Assembly: GCA_038207085.1 (NCBI GenBank)
Contig: JBBRAE010000001.1
Span: forward strand, 186,536 to 250,535
Length of the DNA: 64,000 bases
Source of the DNA: Armatimonadota bacterium
Lineage (GTDB): Bacteria > Armatimonadota > UBA5829 > DTLH01
Direction: 5' to 3'
The notes under the pieces are model-generated. The model was not told the DNA's origin and ran no database searches. It saw nothing but the letters and a program-made list of their open reading frames with translations. Below are positions 46,761 through 55,762 of the stretch, one piece after another (position 1 is the stretch's first letter; every line of letters starts with the position of its first letter). The position numbers and the translations under genes are program-made.

Positions 46761-48010
46761 TGTCGCTCGTTTCGCATCCCGACAATCTGCATCATCATTC
46801 CAAGAAGCATTAACACCATCGTTATACCAAACAGGTAGCCGATATTCCAGTGGTTTGACGCAAACGTCTTCATCGCCCAAGCACCTGCAAACGGGGCCAG
46901 CGTCCCCCTAATCCCCAAGAGACACGAGAAGAGCGCCATGTAGGTGGAAATCCTACGCGGGTCGGCAAACCGCAGCACAGCGTTGAAGTAGGCAAGCTCA
47001 ATCCCAGCCGCCGATATTCCAAGCGCCGCAGCCGATGGAAACAGCGCAACAATAGTCGGGTGCCCCAATGAGCCTGCGATAATATAGTTCAGCGGGATCA
47101 TCATATTGATGAGGATGTTGATGATAATGATCTTCAATGGGTTTGAGGTATCTACACGTCGTCCCCAATAGAGATATGAAAACATCCAGAACACGTTAAA
47201 TACGAGCGTAAGCACTGATACGTCTTTGGGGCCGAAATTGAGCTTATCCACTTGGAAGATCGGGATAATCGGCTGGAGGAGGAGGTTCCCGCAGCCATAA
47301 GTAAACACCGAAAGCGCAAACCACAAAAAGAGCCTGTCCTGCCCGAGGATCTTGATCGCGTCTGCAAGAAACTCGTGGGTCTTCTTTTTGCCTTGGATCT
47401 CTTCTACCGTAGGTTTGGATACATTTATTGTTCTGAAAAACACTGTTGAGAGAATGCCAAACGCCGCAGCTATAGGAAACACAAACCGGTAGCCGTCGCC
47501 TGAGAGCATTCTTCCCGCGATCATCGCTGTAACGACGTTCGCAAGCGCGATCAGCACGCGCACGTACCCCATCATCCGGCCGCGCAGCTTGTCGGGGTAG
47601 ATGTCCTTCATAATCGAGGCGTAAGCAGGCGACGTAATCGTTACCAGGAACTGACTCGACGTGACGATAGCCGCGTACCAGATAGGCGTGTGCACAAAGA
47701 GCATCAGAAAGAATATCGCGCGACCGATGATGCACGGCCACACGACGAAAGGCATTTTGGAGCGGCCTTCCATCGCGTTTGCCCAGAAGAGCGCGAACAG
47801 GTTTCCGATAAACGGCGCAGCGACCATCAGCCCGATCAGGGCCTCGCTCATATGAAGCTGCTTGCGCGCCACGACCAGCACAAACGGCATTATCCCGCCG
47901 ATGTAAATGCCGCAGAAGAACCCCGCCCAAGCGTCCCTCGACCACGCGCCGCGAGTCTTCCCCGGCACTTCAAATGCCCGGTACACAGTCCTGCGAATAC
48001 CAAGCTTCAC
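46754..48010 (-). CDS. MFS transporter
   Basis: About 12 hydrophobic segments; 'KDIYPDKLRGRMMG' and 'WGRRVD' loop motifs. Start uncertain (GTG 48010 chosen). Confidence 0.82.
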   Translation of the reverse strand: MKLGIRRTVYRAFEVPGKTRGAWSRDAWAGFFCGIYIGGIMPFVLVVARKQLHMSEALIGLMVAAPFIGNLFALFWANAMEGRSKMPFVVWPCIIGRAIFFLMLFVHTPIWYAAIVTSSQFLVTITSPAYASIMKDIYPDKLRGRMMGYVRVLIALANVVTAMIAGRMLSGDGYRFVFPIAAAFGILSTVFFRTINVSKPTVEEIQGKKKTHEFLADAIKILGQDRLFLWFALSVFTYGCGNLLLQPIIPIFQVDKLNFGPKDVSVLTLVFNVFWMFSYLYWGRRVDTSNPLKIIIINILINMMIPLNYIIAGSLGHPTIVALFPSAAALGISAAGIELAYFNAVLRFADPRRISTYMALFSCLLGIRGTLAPFAGAWAMKTFASNHWNIGYLFGITMVLMLLGMMMQIVGMRNERQN

Positions 48011-48175
48011 GCCGGTCTGCAGTCCCCTTGCTGGGATTGATCGCTGATTATCCTGCTGGCTCACGGACAAAAAACCCACCAAAACAAGGGCCCGCTGGCG
48101 TTTGCCAGTGAGCCCCATGAACTTCACATATACTGAATGACGTGACCACATCACAAGATATAGCCAGTCAGCTCG

Positions 48176-49756
48176 TTAGAACTGTACTTGTTTTGCGCTC
48201 TCGATGCCTTCGACGCCAAGGAGTTCGCCCATAACGTCGTCGGGTATCGTGCTGTCAACGGAAAGCACCATAATCGCGCGGCTGCCCTGAGACTTTCGCC
48301 CCACGTGCATTCCGGCGATGTTGATGCCATTGTTGCCAAGGATCGTGCCGACTTTGCCGATGATACCGGGCTTGTCCGTGTGCGGAGCGACGAACAGATT
48401 GCCGTCCGGGACGACGTCTACGCGGTAGCCATCGATCTGAACGATGCGCACATCGTTCTTGCCAAGCACCGTGCCGCTCAGCTGCTTGTTGCCCTTATCG
48501 GTCTTTGCGTCAATGGAGAGAACCGATGTAAAGTCGCCGACACTGGCGCTCTTGCTCTCGGTCACTCGAATGCCGCGTGCTTCGGCGATCACAGGAGCGT
48601 TTACGAAGTTGACTGTTTCGCTCAAGATCGGCCGCAGGATCCCTGTAAGCACTGCACGGGTGATGGGGCCGGTCTCCTGGCCTGCAACTTCGCCGCAGTA
48701 GGTGATCTCGATAGACTCGATGCCACCTTCGCTCGTCTGAGTCAGAAGCGACCCGAGCCTCTCAGCAAGCGTGAGGTACGGGCTGATCTGCTTCAGCACT
48801 TCGCTAGAAACTGCCGGCATATTGACTGCGGAGCGAGCGGGCTTGCCGCTGAAATACTCTACCATCTGCTCGGCAACGTCGATCGCAACCTTGCTCTGGG
48901 CCTCTTCGGTCGAAGCGCCGAGGTGCGGAGTTGTGACGATATTGACGGCTCCCGGGAGCGGGTTATCGGCGGCAATCGGTTCGGCTGAGTAGACATCCAC
49001 AGCGGCTCCGGCGACCTTGCCGCTTGCAAGGGCCTGTGTGAGCGCCGCTTCACTGATGATACCGCCGCGCGCGACATTTATGATACGCACGCCGTCCTTC
49101 ATCATCGAGAACTCTTTTTCGCCGATCAACCCTTCGGTTTCCTTGTTTCTGGGAAGATGAAGGGTGATGTAGTCACTGCGCTTCAGGAGCGTGTCGAAAT
49201 CCACGGACTCGATTCCGAGCTTGTTTGCAACGTCGACCGAAAGGAACGGGTCGCAGGCAACAACTGACATCCCGAAAGCCTGCGCGCGCTTGGCGACCTC
49301 GCGTCCGATCTTGCCAAGACCGAGAATACCGAGGACCTTGTTATATACCTCAACCCCCACATACTTGTTTCGCTCCCACTCACCGTGCTTGACTGATGCG
49401 TCTGCTGCAGCGATGTTTCGGGACATCGCAAGAAGAAGCGCCATAGAAAGCTCAGCCGCGGCGATAGTGTTACCCTCGGGCGAGTTGACGACGACTATGC
49501 CTTTTTGTGTGGCCATAGGCACGTCGATGTTGTCTACCCCCACCCCCGCTCTGCCGATGATCTTGAGTTTGTCGGCAACAGCGATTACATCGGCCGTAAC
49601 CTTGGTCGCGCTTCGGACCACCAGTCCATCATACTCACCAATGCAGGCGATCAAGTCCTCTTTGGGCATACCAGTCTTGACGTCGACCTCGGCGACCTGT
49701 CTGAGGATATTTACACCCTCCTCCGAAATCTTGTCAGCTACCAAAACCTTAGGCAT
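48176..49756 (-). CDS. serA: D-3-phosphoglycerate dehydrogenase (type I, with ASB and ACT domains)
   Basis: RAGVGVDNID, GLGKIG, NVARGG, TPHLGASTEEAQ and DKPGIIG motifs. Confidence 0.97.
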   Translation of the reverse strand: MPKVLVADKISEEGVNILRQVAEVDVKTGMPKEDLIACIGEYDGLVVRSATKVTADVIAVADKLKIIGRAGVGVDNIDVPMATQKGIVVVNSPEGNTIAAAELSMALLLAMSRNIAAADASVKHGEWERNKYVGVEVYNKVLGILGLGKIGREVAKRAQAFGMSVVACDPFLSVDVANKLGIESVDFDTLLKRSDYITLHLPRNKETEGLIGEKEFSMMKDGVRIINVARGGIISEAALTQALASGKVAGAAVDVYSAEPIAADNPLPGAVNIVTTPHLGASTEEAQSKVAIDVAEQMVEYFSGKPARSAVNMPAVSSEVLKQISPYLTLAERLGSLLTQTSEGGIESIEITYCGEVAGQETGPITRAVLTGILRPILSETVNFVNAPVIAEARGIRVTESKSASVGDFTSVLSIDAKTDKGNKQLSGTVLGKNDVRIVQIDGYRVDVVPDGNLFVAPHTDKPGIIGKVGTILGNNGINIAGMHVGRKSQGSRAIMVLSVDSTIPDDVMGELLGVEGIESAKQVQF

Positions 49757-49949
49757 TATATCCGTCTCCTCTCCATAGCAACTTTAGCATACAAGGGAGT
49801 TAGACAATATACCTCTCAAAACCTCTGTAATTGGCTCGAAGTTTGCACTATTCATATTTGGTGACGTTCGCAGCTAATGACGAGTATGTTTTACACGATT
49901 GTTACATACTTGTTGTTACTGCGTTGTACATTACTGCTAATCTAGTAGT

Positions 49950-50310
49950 GGCGCGGTAGTTTGCTTTGATTTGCGTAGTGTCCAGAAGCGACTCCGACGT
50001 TACTTTTCAGTATCGAGGCAGCAATGGGGCTGCCCTGAGAACACTTGTGATAGCGTAACACAGTGATCTCAATAGACCTCTCACCGGAGTGCGAAGATCC
50101 GGCTTAATATGCGGTTAAAGATTCAACACCGCTCTTCGCAGAGATCGATCACCGGCGCGCCGAGCGCTGTTGATCTAAATAGATCGGCAAATCTTAAGAA
50201 TTTCCAAAAGACATGCAGGCATAGGATCGTTGGCTCTGTTACATGCAGCGATCCACCAATCCAAAGGAGATACGACGCACGGTGGCGGGCACGAAAGGCC
50301 GAGTCCACCG
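49950..50310 (+). ncRNA. Candidate structured RNA / long 5' leader of the sigma factor gene
   Basis: Nested pairing from 49953 to 50132 plus three further hairpins; TGC-TAATCT extended -10-like box at 49935-49943. Family not recognised. Confidence 0.4.
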
Positions 50311-50331
50311 GCAAGAAGGGAGGCAGGGTTG

Positions 50332-51246
50332 ATGAGCAGCAAAGCTATAAATTTGGCGGAACGCGATGAGATGATCGATTCCGAACCAGAAGCTGAGGAA
50401 ACTCACACTGAAGCAGCAGTAACCGATTCTATGGATCTTTACCTCAATAAGATCGGGAAACGGGCACTGCTTACACATCGCGAAGAGGTTGATCTCTCAC
50501 GGAGATCAAGGGCTGGGGATGCCCACGCCAAACAAAGACTGGTGGAGTGCAACCTAAAGCTCGTAGTCAGCATCGCAAAGATGTATTCGAGCTCAGGCAT
50601 TCCGCTTCCCGACCTGATCCAGGAAGGGAACATCGGACTTATCAAGGCAGTGGAAGCCTTCGACCCGGAACGCGGCTTCAGATTCAGCACCTACGCTGTT
50701 GCATGGATCAGACAGTCTATTACGCGGGCTATCGAGCGTCAGGGACGTACTATCAGAGTCCCGAGCTACGTGATCCAGACAATTCGCCGCCTCCACAGAT
50801 TGGAAACTGACTTTATGGGGGAGTGTGGTAGGGAAGCCACACTAGAAGAAATCTCACAGCGGGCGTCCATTTCGTGCGAGCAAGTCGTGCGCCTGCGGGG
50901 AGCATGTGAAGTCCTGGTGTCTCTGGACGACACAGTCAAGGATGATACCACAACAGCGCTTCTTGAGCGACTTACAGATACCACAGCCGAAGACCCCGAA
51001 ACTCGTGCCCTGCACAGGGAAAGCAACGAGATCATCGGCAAGCTGGTAGAAGGTCTGAGTCCTCAGGAGAAGCTAATTATCGAGAAGCGTTTTGGCCTGG
51101 GCGACGGTGCAACGTCTACGCTCCAGGAACTGGGTCAGCAACTCTGCATCACCCGTGAACGAGTGCGCCAGCTCGAAGCCCGAGCCATAAAGAAGCTGCG
51201 AATGGCCGCAGCGAGGAGTAGGCTGGACGGCTACTTCCTCATCTAG
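50332..51246 (+). CDS. Alternative RpoD/RpoS-like sigma-70 factor lacking region 1.1
   Basis: [52 protein letters not shown] and [10 protein letters not shown] motifs; GGGAGG SD. Confidence 0.92.
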   Translation: MSSKAINLAERDEMIDSEPEAEETHTEAAVTDSMDLYLNKIGKRALLTHREEVDLSRRSRAGDAHAKQRLVECNLKLVVSIAKMYSSSGIPLPDLIQEGNIGLIKAVEAFDPERGFRFSTYAVAWIRQSITRAIERQGRTIRVPSYVIQTIRRLHRLETDFMGECGREATLEEISQRASISCEQVVRLRGACEVLVSLDDTVKDDTTTALLERLTDTTAEDPETRALHRESNEIIGKLVEGLSPQEKLIIEKRFGLGDGATSTLQELGQQLCITRERVRQLEARAIKKLRMAAARSRLDGYFLI

Positions 51247-51267
51247 CAGAAAGGGAGGCTGGGGAGT

Positions 51268-51519
51268 ATGGAGACTACACTGGAATCAGCGTTGATTTCT
51301 CTTCAAGACACAGACGTAGTCTCTCGCCTCACAGACAGAGAACGGGAAATTCTGCGCCTCATATTCGACGGGAAGTGTTCGAATGAGGTCGCGTCGGTCC
51401 TGTGTGTGAGCAAGAGGACGGTGGATTTCCACCTCGCGCGCGCTTATGTAAAACTAGGGGTGTCTAACCGGTTTCAAGCGTTCAAGCGTGCTATAGAACT
51501 AGGTATTATCGAGAGTTGA
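51268..51519 (+). CDS. Stand-alone LuxR/GerE-type HTH regulator
   Basis: LTDREREILRL..G..NEVA..L.VSKRTVDFHL...KLGVSNR. Confidence 0.9.
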   Translation: METTLESALISLQDTDVVSRLTDREREILRLIFDGKCSNEVASVLCVSKRTVDFHLARAYVKLGVSNRFQAFKRAIELGIIES

Positions 51520-51534
51520 GAGAATAAAGGGGAG

Positions 51535-51600
51535 TGTCTAAGGTGACGAGTGGTGAGCGAGGGGACTCACAGTGTCTCACTCGTCACCAAGTTCTTAGAC
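51535..51600. terminator. Long stem-loop between convergent genes
   Basis: GTCTAAG-GTGACGAGTG...CACTCGTCAC...CTTAGAC nested inverted repeats. Confidence 0.55.
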
Positions 51601-51689
51601 GTCCTCAATAACCTATGGCGCGGTCAAACACGTTCAGCATCGCGCCGTCGCTCTCAAACGCGTCAAGATTCACCATCTTAAGCCCCATA

Positions 51690-52574
51690 TCACCCTCCGT
51701 GGCTGTCGGCAACTCGAAGCGCTGCCTTTGCGGCGGCGACATCAGCCGGCATCACCACTATCAAGTCTTCCCCAGCGCTGACGCTCTTGCCGATCGATTC
51801 AACCCGCACGGGTTGCGGAGCAAGCTCTGGTTCTACGAATGAGATCCCGCCGTTGTCAGAAAGCCTGGCAGCGAGCTGCAGCAGTTCATCGTCGGGGGAT
51901 GGGCACACAAACACCAGGGGTTTGCTGACCGCCATGGCGGCGACCATCTCCACCGCTTCCACCTCTGCATCAGCCTCCCCCATCCTGCCGTCGTTTTCGA
52001 TCACTTCGTCAAGGTAGACAGTAAGTGAATCTGCGCCCTGCGAGATCGCAAGCTCAGCGTCATCAAGCGACGATACGACGGCTGAAACTGTGATCACCCT
52101 TCCGTCAGATGTGAAAGTCGGCAGGTCGTCTGCGTCAAAGGTTATAGGGGCGCGAGAATCGGTCTCTGAATTGTCCTGGTAATCGATCACGCTGTAGATA
52201 TCCGGGTCGATAATAACCCGCCCGGAGTCAGCGTCGACGATAACCATGCTTTCGGGGCCAACAGAGCTTACTAGACCAGCAACACCAGTCATACACGGGA
52301 CTGAAAGCGGCTGGAGCGGTTCGTCGTCAGACTCACAAGCAATACCGATGATCCGACTGCCCGGAATCATCACGTTCGACCCAATCGCGAGCACGTCACA
52401 GACTATGACCACCTCCTGCCACTCAGCCTCAGGGAGCCCGCTGCGCAGTGCCTTGATTCCGGTCATCATCACGTTTTCAGTAATGCCCGCAAACCCACGG
52501 TCAGAATCCACTACAACACCGACCGCCATCGCCACTCCCGCGTGCCTGCTAACGCCGCCAAGTTCGTGCATCAT
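51690..52574 (-). CDS. Degenerate PTS Enzyme I-like protein (PEP-utiliser mobile domain plus a truncated barrel), without the phospho-His
   Basis: 'VPCMTGV..L...VIVDADSGRVIIDPD' and 'TSDGRVITVSA.V....AELAISQGAD' align by eye with EI. The GGxTSH loop is absent. ATGA overlap with lptA. Confidence 0.6.
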   Translation of the reverse strand: MMHELGGVSRHAGVAMAVGVVVDSDRGFAGITENVMMTGIKALRSGLPEAEWQEVVIVCDVLAIGSNVMIPGSRIIGIACESDDEPLQPLSVPCMTGVAGLVSSVGPESMVIVDADSGRVIIDPDIYSVIDYQDNSETDSRAPITFDADDLPTFTSDGRVITVSAVVSSLDDAELAISQGADSLTVYLDEVIENDGRMGEADAEVEAVEMVAAMAVSKPLVFVCPSPDDELLQLAARLSDNGGISFVEPELAPQPVRVESIGKSVSAGEDLIVVMPADVAAAKAALRVADSHGG

Positions 52575-53428
52575 TGCTTAGTCTCAGCAGGCTTGTCCTG
52601 CCCTGGCTTTTTCTCAGCAGGCTTGTCCTGCCCGGCTTTCTTCTCTGCAGGCTTGTCCTGCCCGGCTTTCTGCTCTGTAGGCTTGTCCTGCCCCAATTCT
52701 TCATCTAAGTCGAAGTTGAGCGTTGCGCTGGCCGTGCCTGACTCGATCCACTCGCCACCCTCTTTCAGCGACACCTTGATCTCGCCGGGGCTAGAGAAGG
52801 CCTGACCCTTTTCGTCAGTAACGCGCACCCCGCCCGAAAGCGTGACGAACTGAAGGCCCACATCATATACTGCACGAGTACCGACAAGAGTTCGCCCTTT
52901 GGATGTGATTTTGAGGCCGCCTTCGGCCGTAGCAATTTTCTTCTTGTACAGATACTCAAGCTTGTCGCAGACAATGTTGACTGGGTCACGAAGCTTTGCC
53001 GCCACTGAGTCCGGGTTCTTGGTGCCAGCATCGGGCTTTGGGGAGCCCACAAGCTTCACGTTGCCTTCGACCACGTTCTTGCGATCGTTCAGGTAAGTTG
53101 TCGCCTTTTCACCCGTAATGACGTTCTGACCGTCGACGATCTTCAGGTGGCCGACAACAACAGCTGTCTTGCCCTTCTCGTCATAGTCGGCTTTGTCACC
53201 AGTAATAACGGTGTCGCCATGCTTGATAACGACGTTTCCAGTGATGCTGTATGAGCTCGTATCTCCGGCACTGCTCCACTTCCACTTGTCACCGTCAATG
53301 CTGACCGTCTCTTTGGCCTTCTTTGGCGGGGATGCTTTGGTTTCTGGAGCGCCCGTAGCCATCACGATCGCAATAGAAGCGAGTATCGCAGCCGACGCGG
53401 CTGTCAGTAGTTTGTTTGGTATCCTCAT
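52571..53428 (-). CDS. lptA: LptA/OstA-family beta-jellyroll protein with a C-terminal repeat tail
   Basis: Signal/anchor sequence; repeated 'GNVVI..GDTVITGDKA.YD' jellyroll units; follows the LptC-like gene. Confidence 0.7.
   Translation of the reverse strand: MRIPNKLLTAASAAILASIAIVMATGAPETKASPPKKAKETVSIDGDKWKWSSAGDTSSYSITGNVVIKHGDTVITGDKADYDEKGKTAVVVGHLKIVDGQNVITGEKATTYLNDRKNVVEGNVKLVGSPKPDAGTKNPDSVAAKLRDPVNIVCDKLEYLYKKKIATAEGGLKITSKGRTLVGTRAVYDVGLQFVTLSGGVRVTDEKGQAFSSPGEIKVSLKEGGEWIESGTASATLNFDLDEELGQDKPTEQKAGQDKPAEKKAGQDKPAEKKPGQDKPAETKQ
52583..52693. repeat. 30-bp coding tandem repeat (~3.7 copies; GQDKPAEKKA)
   Basis: AGGCTTGTCCTGCCC recurs at exact 30-bp spacing four times. Confidence 0.92.
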
Positions 53429-54042
53429 TGGACTTTACCTGAGTTCCCGGGAGTATCTTCCCCCAGCTTTTCGAGCACTGATACTTCAACGGCGAGCTTC
53501 CCATTGTCCAGTGTCACTTCACCGTTACGTACATCGGCGATGAGGTTGTTTCCAGCAAGACTGCCACCCTTGGAACGAAACACCACTTTACCCGGGCAAT
53601 ATAGGTGCTTGTTGAATCCGGTCCAGACGACTTTTTGAGCCTCAGCCTGGTACCCATCGACTGACTTGATCTTTACCCCGTCCGTAACCTCAACGTTGCC
53701 GTTTATCGAATTATACACAGCCTTGCCCGCAGCCACCGTGGCGACAGGTTTCCCACGGTCATAGAGCTTGCCAGCGCGGACATCGGTTAGAATAGTGCGC
53801 ACTCGGCCTCTTGAGACGTCCGCCCGCCTGGCATCGAAGCTCCAAGCGGGCTTGCCATCTTCTCGCCCGGCAATCTCAACATCACGAAGGCTCATCACCA
53901 CTTCAGGGTTCCCTATCAAATCGCGCCTGACGTGGTAGGGAGAATAGCCGCGAAAGTGCACCAGGCTTGCAACAAGAGCGGCAAGCACAACTGCAGCTAT
54001 CACAGGGAAAATAAACTTCCTAATTACGGTCGTAGTGTTCAT
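53425..54042 (-). CDS. lptC: LptC-like LPS export periplasmic protein
   Basis: N-terminal TM; 'GKPAWSFDARRA', 'AGKAVYN...NVEV..GV' and 'L..PGKV' patterns; ATGA overlap with lptA. Confidence 0.7.
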   Translation of the reverse strand: MNTTTVIRKFIFPVIAAVVLAALVASLVHFRGYSPYHVRRDLIGNPEVVMSLRDVEIAGREDGKPAWSFDARRADVSRGRVRTILTDVRAGKLYDRGKPVATVAAGKAVYNSINGNVEVTDGVKIKSVDGYQAEAQKVVWTGFNKHLYCPGKVVFRSKGGSLAGNNLIADVRNGEVTLDNGKLAVEVSVLEKLGEDTPGNSGKVQ

Positions 54043-54114
54043 AGCCAGATGCGAAAACTCCCCCCGGCACATGTGACACCCAGGGGGAGGCTCTCATTTC
54101 TTAGACGTTCCCGA

Positions 54115-54558
54115 TCAGAACGGGATAATGGGAGGAGGCGGAGCGTTTTCCTTATTGACAACGTATATGTTGCCAAGCGACCCACCACTGTTCAGCCCAG
54201 CAGGGTATGTGACGGATGCCGGATCCTGACTGGTTCCGTTTGCCCTGACCCACCATGTATACACAGCAGGGACGGAACTACTGAGATCAACGGAATAGGT
54301 GTTCACTCCAGGAGCGCCTGCCATACTGAAACTAATGTTCCCCTGATTGTTGCTTGTGCTAGTGTAGCTGCCGATGGTGACTCTGGCACCAGCCACACCG
54401 TTGCCGGAGTTAAGGTCGACAACTCGGCCTGAAAGACTGAAAGTCCCAGGAGGTACAGGAGGCGTGCCGCCTCCACCTCCACCACCACAACCCGATATAA
54501 CGGCAGCAGTGGCGATCACGCAGGTGATCATCGATATGATACGAAATTTGTTACGCAC
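54115..54558 (-). CDS. Lipoprotein with a carboxypeptidase-regulatory-like domain
   Basis: AAGGAG SD plus GTG; lipobox ISGC followed by poly-Gly; LSGRVVD...GVAGARV; C-terminal PPPP. Confidence 0.8.
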   Translation of the reverse strand: MRNKFRIISMITCVIATAAVISGCGGGGGGGTPPVPPGTFSLSGRVVDLNSGNGVAGARVTIGSYTSTSNNQGNISFSMAGAPGVNTYSVDLSSSVPAVYTWWVRANGTSQDPASVTYPAGLNSGGSLGNIYVVNKENAPPPPIIPF

Positions 54559-54670
54559 TCTAGTCTCCTTAGCCTGGGGCTCTATCACGGCCACCCCGGG
54601 CGGCGCCAGCCCGTTCTCTCCAGTTAGATTATAATGCAACAAGGCGAGCATAGCAAGCAGATTTGCCAGC

Positions 54671-55762
54671 TTAGCGTTTCATCAGTTCGCATACGAGGTC
54701 CACGTTGCGAAGTGCGGCATCTTTGAACTCATTGACGTGCTTCACTGCCTTCTGTGAAATGTCCTCGCGCCGCTCCCAAGCATCGAGAATGCGGGCAGAT
54801 ACCTCAGCGGCGGTCAAATTCTCGATGCTGATCGGCTCCTCACCGATTGCAGCGTTTGTAAAGGCGGCAACCTTCGGATCATAGGCCACACCTACAAACG
54901 GCACACCAAGAATTGCTGAGAAGATCAAAGCATGCAATCTCATACCCACAAGCATCGAGGTCTTGCCGATGACAGCCATCGTCTGCGCTGGTGAGAGCTG
55001 GTTTGCCACGACTGAGGTCGGAGTCTTCATCTGCGACGCTACATGCACGCTTATGCCAAGATCCTGGTCCTTTTGCATCGGGAGGAATATCGGGGTGGCG
55101 CCTATCTTGTTCGCAGCGTTTTCGATGCCCTGTGCAAGCTCAGGTAGCCAGTGGGCTTGAACCAGCCACGGACGGATCGCTACACCGAGCACTTTACCGC
55201 CCTCCGGCACACCCGCGGCCTTGAGGATCTCATCTGCCTCCTCTGCCGGTCCTGGCTCGACCGCAAAGGACGGGTCAGCGGTCACAACGATCTCCGGGAC
55301 TGTTACCCCAAGCTCCAATAGATAGTCCCGTGAGCCGGTGTCACGCACACTGATCAGATCGATCTTGTTCAGCACCGAACGCACAGCTCTTCTGGCCGAC
55401 GGTTTCGTGAGCGGGCCGATACCCTGTGCGTAGACCATCACTTTCTTGCCCAGTCGCTTTGCGACCCAGATAATCGACAGATAATACAACAGCGACCGAA
55501 TACTGGTGACATCCTGAAGGAGGCTGCCGCCACCGGAGAGCAACACGTCACATTCCCGAAGCGCAGAAATCACTTCGGTAGGGTTCATTCTATTGACGGC
55601 GCGTATCCCGTGCAGTTTGGTAGTCTCTGCCGGGTTGGAAGATAGCGCCGTTATGCCAGTATTCGGGCAACGCTCTGCAAATGAGCCGACTATGCCCGAG
55701 AGCACAGCCTCATCTCCTGCGTTGCCGTAACCATAATATCCCGAAACAACTACAGCGCCTAC
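54671..55762 (-). CDS. csaB: Polysaccharide pyruvyl transferase CsaB
   Basis: SGYYGYGNAGDEA (upstream of the tracked start), SGGGSLLQDVTS, AQGIGP, SVRD, GMRLHALI and YDPKV motifs. No ATG/GTG/TTG precedes the first motif; GTA 55762 is the inferred start. Confidence 0.92.
   Translation of the reverse strand, partial: VGAVVVSGYYGYGNAGDEAVLSGIVGSFAERCPNTGITALSSNPAETTKLHGIRAVNRMNPTEVISALRECDVLLSGGGSLLQDVTSIRSLLYYLSIIWVAKRLGKKVMVYAQGIGPLTKPSARRAVRSVLNKIDLISVRDTGSRDYLLELGVTVPEIVVTADPSFAVEPGPAEEADEILKAAGVPEGGKVLGVAIRPWLVQAHWLPELAQGIENAANKIGATPIFLPMQKDQDLGISVHVASQMKTPTSVVANQLSPAQTMAVIGKTSMLVGMRLHALIFSAILGVPFVGVAYDPKVAAFTNAAIGEEPISIENLTAAEVSARILDAWERREDISQKAVKHVNEFKDAALRNVDLVCELMKR

Noticed and set aside
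50185-50310. Possible c-di-GMP-I riboswitch (GGCAAA...GACGCA)
   Set aside because: The spacing is too long and the GCAAAG and P3 consensus are not matched. Kept only as part of the unassigned structured leader.
52583-52693. Regularly spaced repeats resembling a CRISPR array
   Set aside because: The period is 30 bp with near-identical 'spacers', it is in frame within lptA, and there are no cas genes.
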